DNA of 62,003 nt, the filler included, from Hausera hauseri (Eukaryota): the NCBI GenBank assembly GCA_046269625.1. It is 11 parts of 11 records of this genome, joined end to end, with 100 filler letters (N's around TTAATTAATTAA, not from the genome) between each part and the next. Parts side by side here need not be neighbours in the genome. Positions count along the whole stretch, not along the records: positions 1 to 7,141 come from JBJURY010036223.1; positions 7,242 to 13,235 come from JBJURY010156756.1; 9 more parts are not named here. One strand, 5' to 3'. Position numbers and translations under genes: made by a program. The notes under the pieces are model-generated. The model did not search any database. It was not told the DNA's origin and worked only from the letters and a program-made list of their open reading frames with translations. Below, piece by piece: positions 1 to 11,404 of the stretch. Each line of letters opens with the position of its first letter. Positions within the stretch are counted from its first letter, which is position 1.

Positions 1-36
<36 letters not shown>

Positions 37-59
37 GAGAGAGAGAGGAAGAGAGAGAG
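1..59. repeat. (GA)n/(TC)n microsatellite
   Basis: Direct reading; it abuts the 3' end of the LINE. Confidence 0.95.
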
Positions 60-2172
60 GTTTAAAATTCCCTTTATTTTACACTCCTTATGTCAAACAA
101 CAAAAAACAATCATAAATACAAACTCAAAGAAAAGGAAAAACTAAGGATGCCTCATCCAATGTACACAAAACATCATTAATACCCCACTTACATACAAAC
201 TCATCAATGTTCTGCGTTAACTTAAAAAACTCAAACTCCACACGGATTCGAGCAATTACCAGTCTCTGAAATAAAACACAAGCATCATCTGTTTGATGAC
301 CGTTCTTTTTGTTTCTTCTCGATAGCCATATTGCCAGTTTCGCAGTTCCAGAAATAAAATTCAAAAGAATGTGAATAGATTTCTTTTTTGCAGAATACCG
401 TGGACCAAAAACAAAAACACATTTAGAAAACTGTTCACCAAACCCACCAAACAAACGACCTAGGAGAACAAAAAGAGGCTTCAGTCTTGAACATTCAACA
501 AATAAATGAGATAATGTTTCATCTTCAGAACAATAACAACAGAAAACACTAACGCCAGGATTAAGGTGTGCCAGATACCTGTTTGTAGCTATGGCCCCGT
601 GCACAATCCTCCACTGGAGGTCACCCACCCGTTTCTCAATGGGGGGTTTGTACAGGGACTGCCAACAGCCTCTTGGGGTCGAGCTGGAGCCAAAAAACTC
701 AAGCCACTTCGATACACTCACTTCTGCCAGAGAGCGTAAATTCAGCACCTTCACACAGACATGGTACAAAACTTTCTTCCCCAGGCCTTCAAAGCAACCC
801 AAGGGTGTGTTTTGGAGAGACAACAACAATTCTGGCTCATCCTGCCACTGATCCACTGCAGGAGAGACGATCAGGGAAGGAAACATGTACTCACATTCAT
901 CATCCCATTGGTCAGACAGAGTACTGTTAACAGCAAACGCTCTGATAGAAACTGGCAGAGATGCACAAGTTTCTTCTTTAATCCTCGATGCGAGTCTATT
1001 GGATTGTATCTGTAGACTCTCCATCAGACTGTCCACAGACAGTTTCACCAGATGACCCAGCTTCACACAGCCTGCTTCCCTCATCTTAGATCTTAGCGTA
1101 CCAGATGAGAGGAGCTGTGATGAGAGGAAACTGTTTTCAAACAGAGGCTCCTCAAAAACCCACATTCCAGGTGTTGGCTCAGTCTTTCTCTCAGAGGTGA
1201 GGATCTTTCAAGCATTTAGCACAGACTGGTAGAACGGGGTGAGACCAGACAAATCCATGGATCCTTTTCTCAGCAGAAAGAGATGTTTGTCGTATCCCAT
1301 ACGACCTGCTTTCCTCAGCAGAAGACGCGCTGTATCCAGCCATGGCAGTCCAAGCCCATATAACAGCTTCTGCAGAGTCTGAAGTCTGAAAGCCGCGATG
1401 CGTGACATGATGTCGATGAGTCCTTGTCCTCCCTCCTCCACAGGTAGATACAAGGCTGCAGCTCTCACCCAATGACATCCAGACCAGAAAAAGTCCACTA
1501 GAGTCTTTTGGAGACGTTGTATAAGAGAGGCTGGTGGCGTTAGCACGGTCAGTTTATGCCAGAGGGCCGAAGCAACCAAGTTATTAACTACCAAGACTCT
1601 TCCCCTGTAAGATAGCTGAGGTAGCAACCATTTCCATTTAAGTAATCTGGCACACACTCTCTCCATGACACCCTCCCAATTTTTCCTCAAAAAAGCCTCC
1701 ATTCCCAAATAAACCCCCAAGAATTTTGAGCCCTGATCAACCCAGTGAATGTTACCCGGTAATACGGGGAGACTATTGTTCCTCCATGGGCCAACTTTTA
1801 AGGCAGAACTTTTCTCCCAGTTGACTTTGGCTGAGGAAGCTTTTTCATAGAGCTCCAAACAATGCTGAAGACCCATAACGTCATTCTGATTCCTAATGAA
1901 AATGTTTATGTCATCAGCATAAGCAGAGACTATTAAGCTTGGATTACTAGGCAAACCTGGAAGAACAAGGCCAGTGAGGGTAGAGCGCACTTTGTGTAGA
2001 AAAGGTTCAACTACAATAGAGTATAACTGCCCAGATATGGGACAGCCTTGTCTAATACCTCTTTGAACCTTAACAGGACGACTTCATCCTCCCCCAACTT
2101 TAACAACACAAAACACTTCATTATATAATAAACTCAATAAAGAAATAAACCCTTCACCAAATCCAAACGCTC
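60..2172 (-). mobile_element. Tx1-clade (Kibi-like) non-LTR retrotransposon, 5'-truncated ORF2 (RT, zf-RVT) plus 3' UTR, decayed
   Basis: RT motifs RGIRQGCPISGQLY and SAYADD, then CCYC...ETLSHLFVEC. An in-frame TGA at 1208-1210 splits ORFs 1208-1990 and 125-1165. AATAAA (minus, 73-78) precedes the (TC)n tract. Confidence 0.9.
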
Positions 2173-2417
2173 TTAAAGACCGTGTAAAGTGAAATTACAT
2201 CTGTGTTTTGAGGTTATCACACAACAGAAATATGTGTTATTAATCACCCATGTAAATATGACTGATTAAAAACATTGTTTACCTTATAAAATTAAGTCTC
2301 AAAAGTAAGGAAAAAACATCATTTTGCTGTGTTCTGAAACGCTGGGGGCGTGTCAGTTGGAGGCGGTGAAACCACGCCCACACGCTGAGGCCCTGTGCTG
2401 CACTGTACTGAGGAGAC

Positions 2418-3753
2418 ATGACCGCGAAGGCTGGTAGCCTTGGAGTTCTTCAGCACTACTCATATGAACCACCAGAGCCAGACTTAGACTCTGAGTCGGA
2501 CAGTGACCACTGTGACGGTCGGCAACCTTCTTCACCGCCTGCATCAGAAAGGTATTTTTTTTATTCCATGGATGTTAGCAAAATATCGTGCTATAGCCTA
2601 GCCAAATAGTTAGGCACTCACAAACAGTAGGCTAAATAATGTTGAACAGAACATATATTTGACACTTTGCTACATATTTTTGTCAGTATAGTCCAAGATT
2701 AAACTAGCAGACATCATTTGCACTGCGTGACCAGATGTCCAGAATTTACGGATTTTCCACTCTTATCGCGTTTCTCCGAAGTAAACAATGACCGTCATTT
2801 GACAGGGTAAATTATCTAAAAAAACGGGGGCGGTCAACTAATATTACTAGTGGCTGTAATTTGCCATTAGATAATGCCTCTTTATAGAAGATAAAAAGGC
2901 GTAAAGCAGAGATGCAGAGTCAAAAGTCAGTCACAGCAGCAGCAGCGCAGGTGGTCCTGCACGCTGCTCCACCGCCACAGCGCATCTTTCACCTGTCCCC
3001 CACCTGTACTGTTACACCAACCATATCCGTGATCTTCCTCATCTTACTGCGCGCCGCTGCAATAATAAATAAATAACTACTGTAATGGAGAACAGAACTG
3101 GAAAATGTAAAATAAACAAAATAAAGGAAAGCGAAGGTCAGGGAAAAGCAACTGTCAGAAAATAATTCGCCACTTTTTTATTTTTCTGAATGTATGGACA
3201 CAACGTGAAAGCAAACAGACACATCAGCTGCTGAGATCATGTGTTTAGCAGCTCTGTCCTACAGGCCAGCTGTTCTGCTTCCAGCTGTAACCTGTGTGTA
3301 CCTGCTTGCTTTAGTTTATAGTGATATTTATCTTTGTAAAAATATCATTTAAATAATTAAAAACGTTTTTATAAAGCCAATGCAGAGAATAATGAATATG
3401 AAATATAAAATAAAACAAAAGATTTTATGCAGTGGGTATGTGTCTCACATAAACACATTTTTTTCTCTTTTTTGTGACCTAGTCACCCAAATTGTACACA
3501 CACAAGCCAAACACTACCCAGTATCAGTCAATTACACATACCTGCAGGTATTGATTACTGTTAGTGGATTGCTCCATGTCATCATTGCAACTCAATTGTT
3601 GTGAAGGGTTCTGATAATTCTTCATTAACATGCATAATCTTTATCTATTCACACTGTGATTGACACTGATTTTACTACACAGGTGCACCTGTGGAGAAAG
3701 CAGAAGAATGCCTCCAGAGCAGGAAAATGTCTGCTGCAAAGAGCTTAATGCTG
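2418..3753 (+). pseudogene. KolX-like (P2X7 ballast/Cys-rich) protein exons of the Kolobok element
   Basis: Exon 2418-2551 reads ...YSYEPPEPDLDSESDSD and ends at a GT donor. Exon ~3682-3753 reads CTCGESRRMPPEQENVCCKE. Confidence 0.6.
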
Positions 3754-5105
3754 TATGTAAATAAAAACAATGTATGGTACAATAATCATTAAAAGTATGA
3801 AATCACAACTACATATGTAGTACTGAAGCAATACAACTGTTTTTATTGATTTCAGATGTGTAATTACATTTGTGCTGATCAAAGTACATGTCTTTTAAAG
3901 TGATTTAAAGTTGGAAATGATGAGGCAGATATGATTTTCAGGACTCCAACTTATTTTCTGGGGTCTCGATCTGATCTGTAAGACATGAACAGAATTGGAA
4001 AGAACAGGGGTGTTTCTGTTTTGCATCAATCAATCCATCAAATGTTCAACTCAGATTATTTCCACAACAACATTTCTTTAACAGTTTTATTGTTAAAATA
4101 AGCATCATTACATTTTTTTATTTACAAAAACTATGGAATTTTACAAACTGATAAAATGAAAAAAAAAAACAATGTATCTAAAGTTGCACTTATAAATAAA
4201 CAATTTCTTGTGTACTAACATTTGTGTGGAACAAATAATTTCTTTTTAAATTACATCTTTCCTAACGTACCTGGACAGCTGAACCTGGACACTTGGTTTC
4301 CAACAGCATCTACTTTCTCAGGTGGCTGATACTGCTCACACAGGAATCCAGGGACAGGAACTGCTTTCATCTCAGTCACAGAGGGTGCAGGGTGGAGGAT
4401 GACATCATTAAAAAGGAAGTCCATGAGGTCACTGATATATTTAAAAAAAAACAAAATAGAGAGCACAAAATGCAGCATACTGTTTTGAGTAACCATTCAT
4501 ATTGTGGAAAAAATAGCATTAGCTTGAACTAACTTACCTGTTGTATGGCTGGTCTTCACCATGGACCCGTTCCTTCTTGACATCATGGAGACTCCTTTGT
4601 CAAAAGAGATAAAAGTAAAAATTAGCTGTCTAATAAAGCTTTCAGTGACACAATCTCAGTAATTTTTTTACATTTATTTACTCTGTATTGTATGAGTACA
4701 TTAGTTTGAGATTTCTCCTGTATGCTACTTTATTCTTTATCGCTTATTCAATATAAGACCATACCTTCAACCCAGCACTAAAGGATTGCAAGTATATTAG
4801 TAATACATTTAGATATGAATAAACACATTTATTCAAAAGAAATGTGTCTTATTATTTCTGTAAAATGATGTAAATGAGCTATTATCAGTAAAATCATCAA
4901 ATCATGCCCGGTTTCTGAAATTAATTTACTTTGCAACAGTTCAGAAGAAACCTAACTCTTATAGATATAAAATATAAGTTAAAAAATAAAAATATTACAA
5001 AAACTAATTCTCAATCACGGACAATAATTGATTTACCACATTTTTACGCCTGTTTGTCTCGTAAAGGATCATCATCCAAGGTGTGTTGCTGCAGCCTGCA
5101 GCGGA

Positions 5106-5133
5106 GGTGTGTGTGTGTGTGTGTGTGTGTGTG
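5106..5133. repeat. (GT)n microsatellite
   Basis: Direct reading. Confidence 0.9.
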
Positions 5134-5727
5134 CAGAGAGGCAGACAGGTGCAAACTGAGATACAGTAAACCTGCTCTGTTTTTATGGGAGTTATGGACT
5201 TAACAGCAGCTGTTTTTTTTTCCTGGAGTTACGACGTTTGTAGTGCACAAACAACTCTGGTTAGTTTTTACCAAGTTGGGGACACCGTAACTCCGCTGTT
5301 AATAATCAGCGCTTTTTTATAAGATGAGCGGACTCTGCAGCAGCCGGCCTGTTAGCATGCAGGCTCTGTGCTGAGGGTCTGTGCTGGTGATCAAAATAAA
5401 GAGTAATCCCGTTCATTAATAATTATTTAATGGACCTGTAGCGTTTTCTTAGCAACACGGAGTTTGTGAGCATGTAGGACAAGTGCTAAGCAAAAAGGGT
5501 AAAAAGCTATAATAGATACGCATTATAAAATCTCGTTATGTTTTATTTTTAATTCTGTAGTTATTGTGCACTAAAGAGCCAACACGTAGAAAATTTAAAA
5601 CAGAAGCACAAATTTCAACTTACTACGTTTGCTGGGCGCGGCGGCAGCCTCATCCCGCTTCGGAGATGCTCCGGCCGGGTCAGGTGCTGGAAAGGCGGCG
5701 GTGATGTCCGGAGAGTGACTCCGGGAG

Positions 5728-5985
5728 GAAGAGGGTCGGTAAAGCCCCATGAACCAGCACCAAACGACCGTCCATAATTCCCATCTGTGTTTTCAGTAGT
5801 TAATAAAGCTATCTGGAGTAAAATGGGGACTGCAAAGGCGAGTGCTGGTGGCGATACGGACGTCTCCGTGGCCTCTCGTTACAAAATCAATCCAGTTTTT
5901 TCAGGCGGTCATCTCTCAGAAACTTAAATAAAGTCACAAAGCTGGTATCCTGCACCTTGTCACATCCAGGGAAAATGCACAACGA
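5728..5985 (-). pseudogene. THAP zinc-finger domain, frameshifted
   Basis: Manual translation: CIFPGC...LFKFLRD...WIDFV...RLCSPHFTPDSF...GALPTLF. Confidence 0.85.
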
Positions 5986-6493
5986 GAAGAATGAGGCAGG
6001 TTTTGTTAGCTAGCTAACAACAAACTATCTATGCTATCTGATGCTAGCTGGGATTCGACAGTGAACGTCTGCCACCGAGGCGAAGAACGTTTTTATACGG
6101 CTGGAGCAGCAGTGGGCGGGGCTAAACTGAAGGCGGCCGCGTTTCGTCACGCGGCCGCCTTTAAAACACGCCCAAAAAATCCTGGAACCCAAACATCTTA
6201 AAACACAAATTGAGTTATAGCTCCAAAGTGCATGTAGCTATAGTTGTGAGACTTTTTACTCATTTACAACAATCCAAATATGACATTTATAATGTTGATT
6301 GAAGAAAATACTTAAATTGACTTTACACGGTCTTTAAATGTGTATCCTGAAATGAACCAAAACTCTGTCTTGCAAAGAGAGAGTTAAACAAAAGCCAAAA
6401 TGCCAAGACATCAAAGTGATTAATACATCAGATCATTTCCTGTTTTTGTTCATTACTGAGCTGAGAAATAGGCCGACACAGAATGAGACTTAC

Positions 6494-6606
6494 TTGGTGA
6501 CTTTAAAGATGCGCAGCAGTCTCAGAGCTCGTAAAACACTGATGCCAAAAGATGTGCCTGGTTTTATAGTGGCCCACACAACCTCAAAGACACTCCCAAC
6601 AATTAC
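6494..6606 (-). CDS. cacna1b: Single exon of a Cav2 voltage-gated calcium channel alpha-1 subunit (domain II S3-S4)
   Basis: AG/GT-bounded 113-bp exon translating [38 protein letters not shown], which contains the S4 voltage sensor. Not in the ORF track. Confidence 0.85.
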
Positions 6607-6795
6607 CTGAAAGGAGAGACAGTTAAATGTTAGTGTTTTTTATCCTCAAAAACACTGCAGACATATTTTTGTACCTCAAGGTTCTGCTTTTGGACCTTTG
6701 CTTTTCAGTTTGAGTTGTCTTCAAGTTGGATCTATCCAAACATTTGGTTTTAGTAAGTGGCTGTTTCAGCTTGTGAGTGTTTTTGTGTTTCTCAC

Positions 6796-7059
6796 CAGTT
6801 GTGTAATTGACTGGTTGGCTGTCTACATTTCGACAGTCACTGTCTGACGCCGACACGGTGAAGCTGTACTGTTTGCCACATTGCAGGCCCTTCAGCTGGC
6901 ATGCGAGTGTCAGCCCAGGGTCACAGGTCACCGTGTGTCCGTCCGAGCTGCTCGCCTTTCCAGTGTAGGACGCAGCGTTGGGGCTGCTGCCCCAGCTTAA
7001 CGTGGCGGAGTTATCAGAGCAGTTAATGGAGGCAGTGAGCTGAGATGGAGGGCAAGGCT
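6796..7059 (-). CDS. Fibronectin type III exon, FNDC7-like repeat
   Basis: 264-bp phase 1-1 exon: PCPPSQLTASINCSDNSATLSW...CQLKGLQCGKQYSFTVSASD. Confidence 0.8.
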
Positions 7060-7141
7060 CTGCAGGGAAAACAGTTACAGCAATTAATGGTAATTAGTTT
7101 GTAGAAAATATAAATCTGAAAAGTGTGGTGTGCATTTTATT

Positions 7142-7241
7142 NNNNNNNNNNNNNNNNNNNNNNNNNNNNNNNNNNNNNNNNNNNNTTAATTAATTAANNN
7201 NNNNNNNNNNNNNNNNNNNNNNNNNNNNNNNNNNNNNNNNN
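7142..7241. other. Artificial scaffold linker N44-TTAATTAATTAA-N44
   Basis: The same 100-bp linker recurs at 13236-13335, 17840-17939, 22274-22373, 27214-27313, 35538-35637, 40228-40327, 44769-44868, 48952-49051 and 56901-57000. Confidence 0.99.
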
Positions 7242-8031
7242 ATTTAGTTGGTCTTTTACCTGCCGACAACGGATATCAACACATACTTACTATGATGGAT
7301 CGTGCTTCTCGTTGGCCTAAAGCTGTTTCTTTTCGTTTGACAAACACTGATTCAGTAGTCGACCCCTTTATTAAAATCTGGATAATTCGCTTTGGTTCCC
7401 CACGTTACATAATAACGGATCAAGGTCCATAATTTGAGTCAGAACTTTTCAAATCACTTGTCAAACGCTTGGGAATATCCCATTCTCGTACTACACCATA
7501 CCATCTCAAGGAAATGGCCTTCTTGAAAGGTTTCATCGCACAATGAAAATTTCTCTAAAAATCTTGGCTGACGCTCATCGCAATTAAACGACCATTCTAC
7601 CATTTGTTCTACTAGGTTTGTGCAACACACCTTCGACCACGACCGGCTGTGCTCCAGCCGAAGCACTTTTCGGGACTCCAATTCAAGCCTTATTTAAACT
7701 TTCTGATCTCGACGACAACCCAACAGATGAGAATATTCGTGAAGCATAATCTCATTTCGTCGAGGTTAACTCAGTTTCATTTTGTCGCCTTTTTAACAAC
7801 AATTAATCCTATATTCATAAGGATTTATATTCCGCCAAATTTGTGTGGTTGAAGGATCAATCGCCTTCAGGCTTTAGACCTCAATATGTTGGCCCATACA
7901 AACTGCTAAATCTTTCATCTCACGCAGTTACCGTTTTACGCCAAGAAAAACCTTATAACATTCACATTTCGAATCTGAAGCCTGCCTTCTTCATTGAAGA
8001 CATTCCAGATACAAATCCTACATCCAATTGA
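7242..8031 (+). mobile_element. Gypsy (CsRn1 clade) integrase fragment, decayed
   Basis: LVGLLP..ILTMMDRASRWPKAV, WIIRFGSPRYIITDQG, GNGLLERFHR and YVGPYK, with stops and frameshifts. Confidence 0.9.
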
Positions 8032-9159
8032 AACTCAGCTATCACTTTTACCGATTTTCTAAATGATTTTTCATAACTTTCAATTTCATCGCCTTTTTTG
8101 CTGGACTCATCTTCGCTATTATTTCCATCACAAAATATCGCTTAACAACCCAGCACAAATCTATCAAGTAAGCCACGCAGAGAAATGTTCAATGCGTACA
8201 GCAGAGAAAAGTTCTTTGATGGCACACAACGCCTGACCCGTACTAAAACTGAATAGGAACCAAACATTATTCCTTGCTGCGATTCATTGTTGTCATCCGT
8301 ATTATCTTCATCATTCTTTTTCCACTACATAGCTTCTTTTCTGCCAATTCTTCTCTCATCTAAATCTTCTTCTAACAGGCTTAAGCTCTTCTTTTTCCTG
8401 CTATAATTTCCATTCATTTTCTTCTCTTCATAGTCTTCATCTTGCCACGGGGGTTGATGTAGTGCCTAGGATGTGGCTGCATTGTTTGGGGCTGTCGAAT
8501 CGGTGAGAAGACTTTCCTCACCATTTGATTATGCAACTGAAAAGCCATAACTTCTGACGAACGTGCGACAGCGACATTTAGCTCAAACGATTTGTAAAAG
8601 CAATCAAAAGCGATCAAATCGAAAGAATGTTTCAAAGAAACAATTTGTATCCTCAACAAATGCTACTCGAATGGATATAGAAGTCGTCGATTTTGAAATT
8701 TCACTTAGAGGAAAAGATATACGCTTTTGTGATTTATAATTTTTTACAGCTCAAGTTCAAATGCAGATGTTCTATACTCGTATCGATACATACAGAAAAT
8801 GTTACGTCATTTCACACTTAACTATGCTCTCTGTTCAATTCGAAGTTCACCTTAATTCGCAGGTTTTCTCAAATCAGTTACATCATTTTACATGTCTGCA
8901 ACATTCATCGGACACCTTTCTAATCGAGGAACGTTTAGTTGAACTGTAGAATCTTACTGCATAATTGTAAATATAATGTTTATATATTGTATAACATGTA
9001 TAAAAGAATTGATAATTAAATTATAGATTGATAGATTTTTTTGCAAGTGTTGGAATAATTTATTGTTGTTCAGTATGCTGTTTCATCGTTCTTGATTTAC
9101 TGTAAACATGAATCTACATTGTGAGTTGGATATATCACTTTATCACATGTATCTACTCT

Positions 9160-10093
9160 TAAAAAATACAGTCTGCCAGTTTGGCCAATTTATCAAGCGT
9201 CGTCCATTCTTCGACGACAGTAAGTAAGGCCTTAATTTGTATGGGCAATGCGTTCAGGAAGTTGCGTCCCAAAAAATCTGCATTATATTATTTAGTCACG
9301 CCAAGTGTTTGCAGTTGAACGAGCAAAATTCTAGGAAATCTGACGGTTTCTGCGTCCCCATAGCACTGTCGTTGAAAAACCGATGAATTAATTAGTCAAT
9401 AGATGGTTCGGTGAGCTTTAAAACGGCATTGTAAAGATGGGTGTATGGAACAGGTTGCTGGAAGATGTCTAGGAAGTCATGAATGGACGTTTTTACTGTA
9501 GTCGGTAAAAGACAAATTAGGTTATGATCTTTAGTTGGCGAATCAGTAATATTGTTAGACTGCAGCCAAAGTTTGCGAAAGCTAAGCCAGGTTTTTCTGG
9601 ACATTTCATGATCGATGAAATATTCTGTGCATTGAGAAGAAGTGTGTTTAAATGACGGGATGGAATGTGTATAAGTGGTGAAAGTAGATGGCGTGGCTAC
9701 GGTAGTTGATTTTTGATGAAAAGTGAAAGGTGATAGTTTAGAGGTAGTTTTGTCAGTAGTGTCAACGGTGGGCGAAGAATCCATGCCACCACGAAAACGA
9801 AGGTGTACGTGAATAATGACATAGCAGGATGACGAAATAAAAAGGTTGCGAAAAGTGACTTTAATTGCAGGTAGGTTTTTGTAAGTTAGGTAAAAATCGG
9901 AAATATTAGCGAAGCATAGTACATAATGGTGCAAGTAACGTGCATTAATAAAATACGTTGTATTTAGGGTTAGAAAATGACAATTATGTAGGAAGAATAA
10001 AATGTAAAGAGTTGGCGTTGGCCCTAGTGGTGATGAAACGTACCGTAGTGTAGGATCCACTGACATTTGACAGACGGTTGGGCAGTCGGTCAC
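9160..10093 (-). mobile_element. Gypsy gag remnant with N-terminal ubiquitin-like domain (UBL 9785-10009)
   Basis: ...DFYLTYKN...HVHLRFRGG|MDSS, then the Gag capsid-like region (WLQSNNITD...PYTHLYNAVLKLTEPSID; MGTQKPSDF; FLNALPIQIKALLTVV), homologous to the copies at 16.0-16.4 kb and 31.0-31.5 kb. Confidence 0.8.
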
Positions 10094-10299
10094 GTTGTCA
10101 TGTACTCGGGACTCAAGAGTCTTGTTGCTGGTATATAAACAAAAATCTGAAGCATCTAAGGAAATGGGCCTTAAATGGTAACCGCAACGGAGAAATAAGT
10201 CTAAAAGGGACTATGTTGTGTCAACAGTAGACATGTTAAGAATAAAAACATATGAGAGAAACAAGAAATATGAATCGTTAATGAAAGATATATGAAAAA

Positions 10300-11400
10300 T
10301 ATGTTTGCAAGACGAATAGTACACAATGATAAATCTCACCCCATCGTGTATCCGTGTTACCGACGAGTATAGAGTGGAATTGTCCATAAATCCCACCAGA
10401 TTGGATGATGGTGGGATTTCACCAACATCTCTGGTATTACTGAATGAATAGTACAATTCGCTTATTCGAATTTGATGATCGAGTTGTGAACTCGATCCAC
10501 TTTGCATTTTTAGCAAGATATTTGGTTTGGAAGGTGCAACACTGTTGCAGTAATGAATATTTGTTATACCTGGAGTTGGGAATTTACTGAAAAGAGACAT
10601 TGTATCAGGATTTCGAAGAATGTGCTGAAGGAATTTCTCGATATTAGATTCAGTACTGTGATTGGACTTTAGGTTAGAAATAAAGCTATCGTGATTTATC
10701 GACATATCTATACGAAAAACAAATTCATTCACATTGTAAAATTCCGTGTTCTCGTTATAAATACCAGGTATTTTCTTAAAATGTGATTTCTACTGACCCA
10801 GTTTGTTAAAATTAATGATTTCGGTAGATTTCGAGCGATCATCATTCAAAATACTTAATATTATCCCACAAACTTCGAGGCAACAAAAAAAGGTTTTATC
10901 ACAAATAGGGCATTGCCATTTAGGCTTTTTGAAATTTATAATTAAATATGTCACACAGTCAAAATATTGCAAATGAGTGCAATGTTGACCTCGAACTGGT
11001 GTTTGAATTCCAACTCGTGAAACGGGACAAATCAACGGTGTTGACAGTTGAATCAACCAACATGATATCATCAACTGCATTATTGCTTATATTATTGTTT
11101 TGAATCATAATGAAATTCAATGTTCTCTGAACGACAGAGAAGTGATTCCTTAACAAAATCCCCGTTAATTCTTTGTTTGCCCGTAAGCGAACCAAGTAAA
11201 TTCCAAAAAATAAATATCCTTTGCCGAATTGTCTTGTAATCGTCGGGTATTGGATCCAGCCTATATAAATACTGCCAAATTATCCAGGGTCTCAGTAGAT
11301 ACACATTGCAGGTCAGCATAGTGATCTTTGAGGTTATCCACCAACGGTTGTATACCGTCCAGAAATGTAATACTTCTACAGTAGATAATTATTGACACCA
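10300..11400 (-). pseudogene. PIAS/Siz-family SUMO E3 ligase fragment (SP-RING/MIZ zinc finger), intronless, decayed
   Basis: LICPVSRVGIQTPVRGQHCTHLQYFD...WQCPICDK is an SP-RING signature; frameshifts and stops are present. Confidence 0.8.
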
Positions 11401-11404
11401 ATTC

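Larger units (their letters stand above)
2177..6333. mobile_element. Kolobok-type DNA transposon, non-autonomous/degenerate
   Basis: TIRs AGACCGTGTAAAGT are 14 bp perfect (2177-2190 and 6320-6333) and flanked by TTAA (2173-2176, 6334-6337). Termini are AG...CT. Convergent THAP and KolX-like remnants lie inside. Confidence 0.8.

Noticed and set aside
7186-7197. Recurrent TTAATTAATTAA palindrome
   Set aside because: Always centred in an exact 100-bp N spacer; it is an artificial six-frame stop linker.
8150-9100. Alternative genetic code as an explanation for the many stops
   Set aside because: Stops are of all three types and come with frameshifts, while SMYD and POLR1A read cleanly in the standard code; this is ordinary decay.
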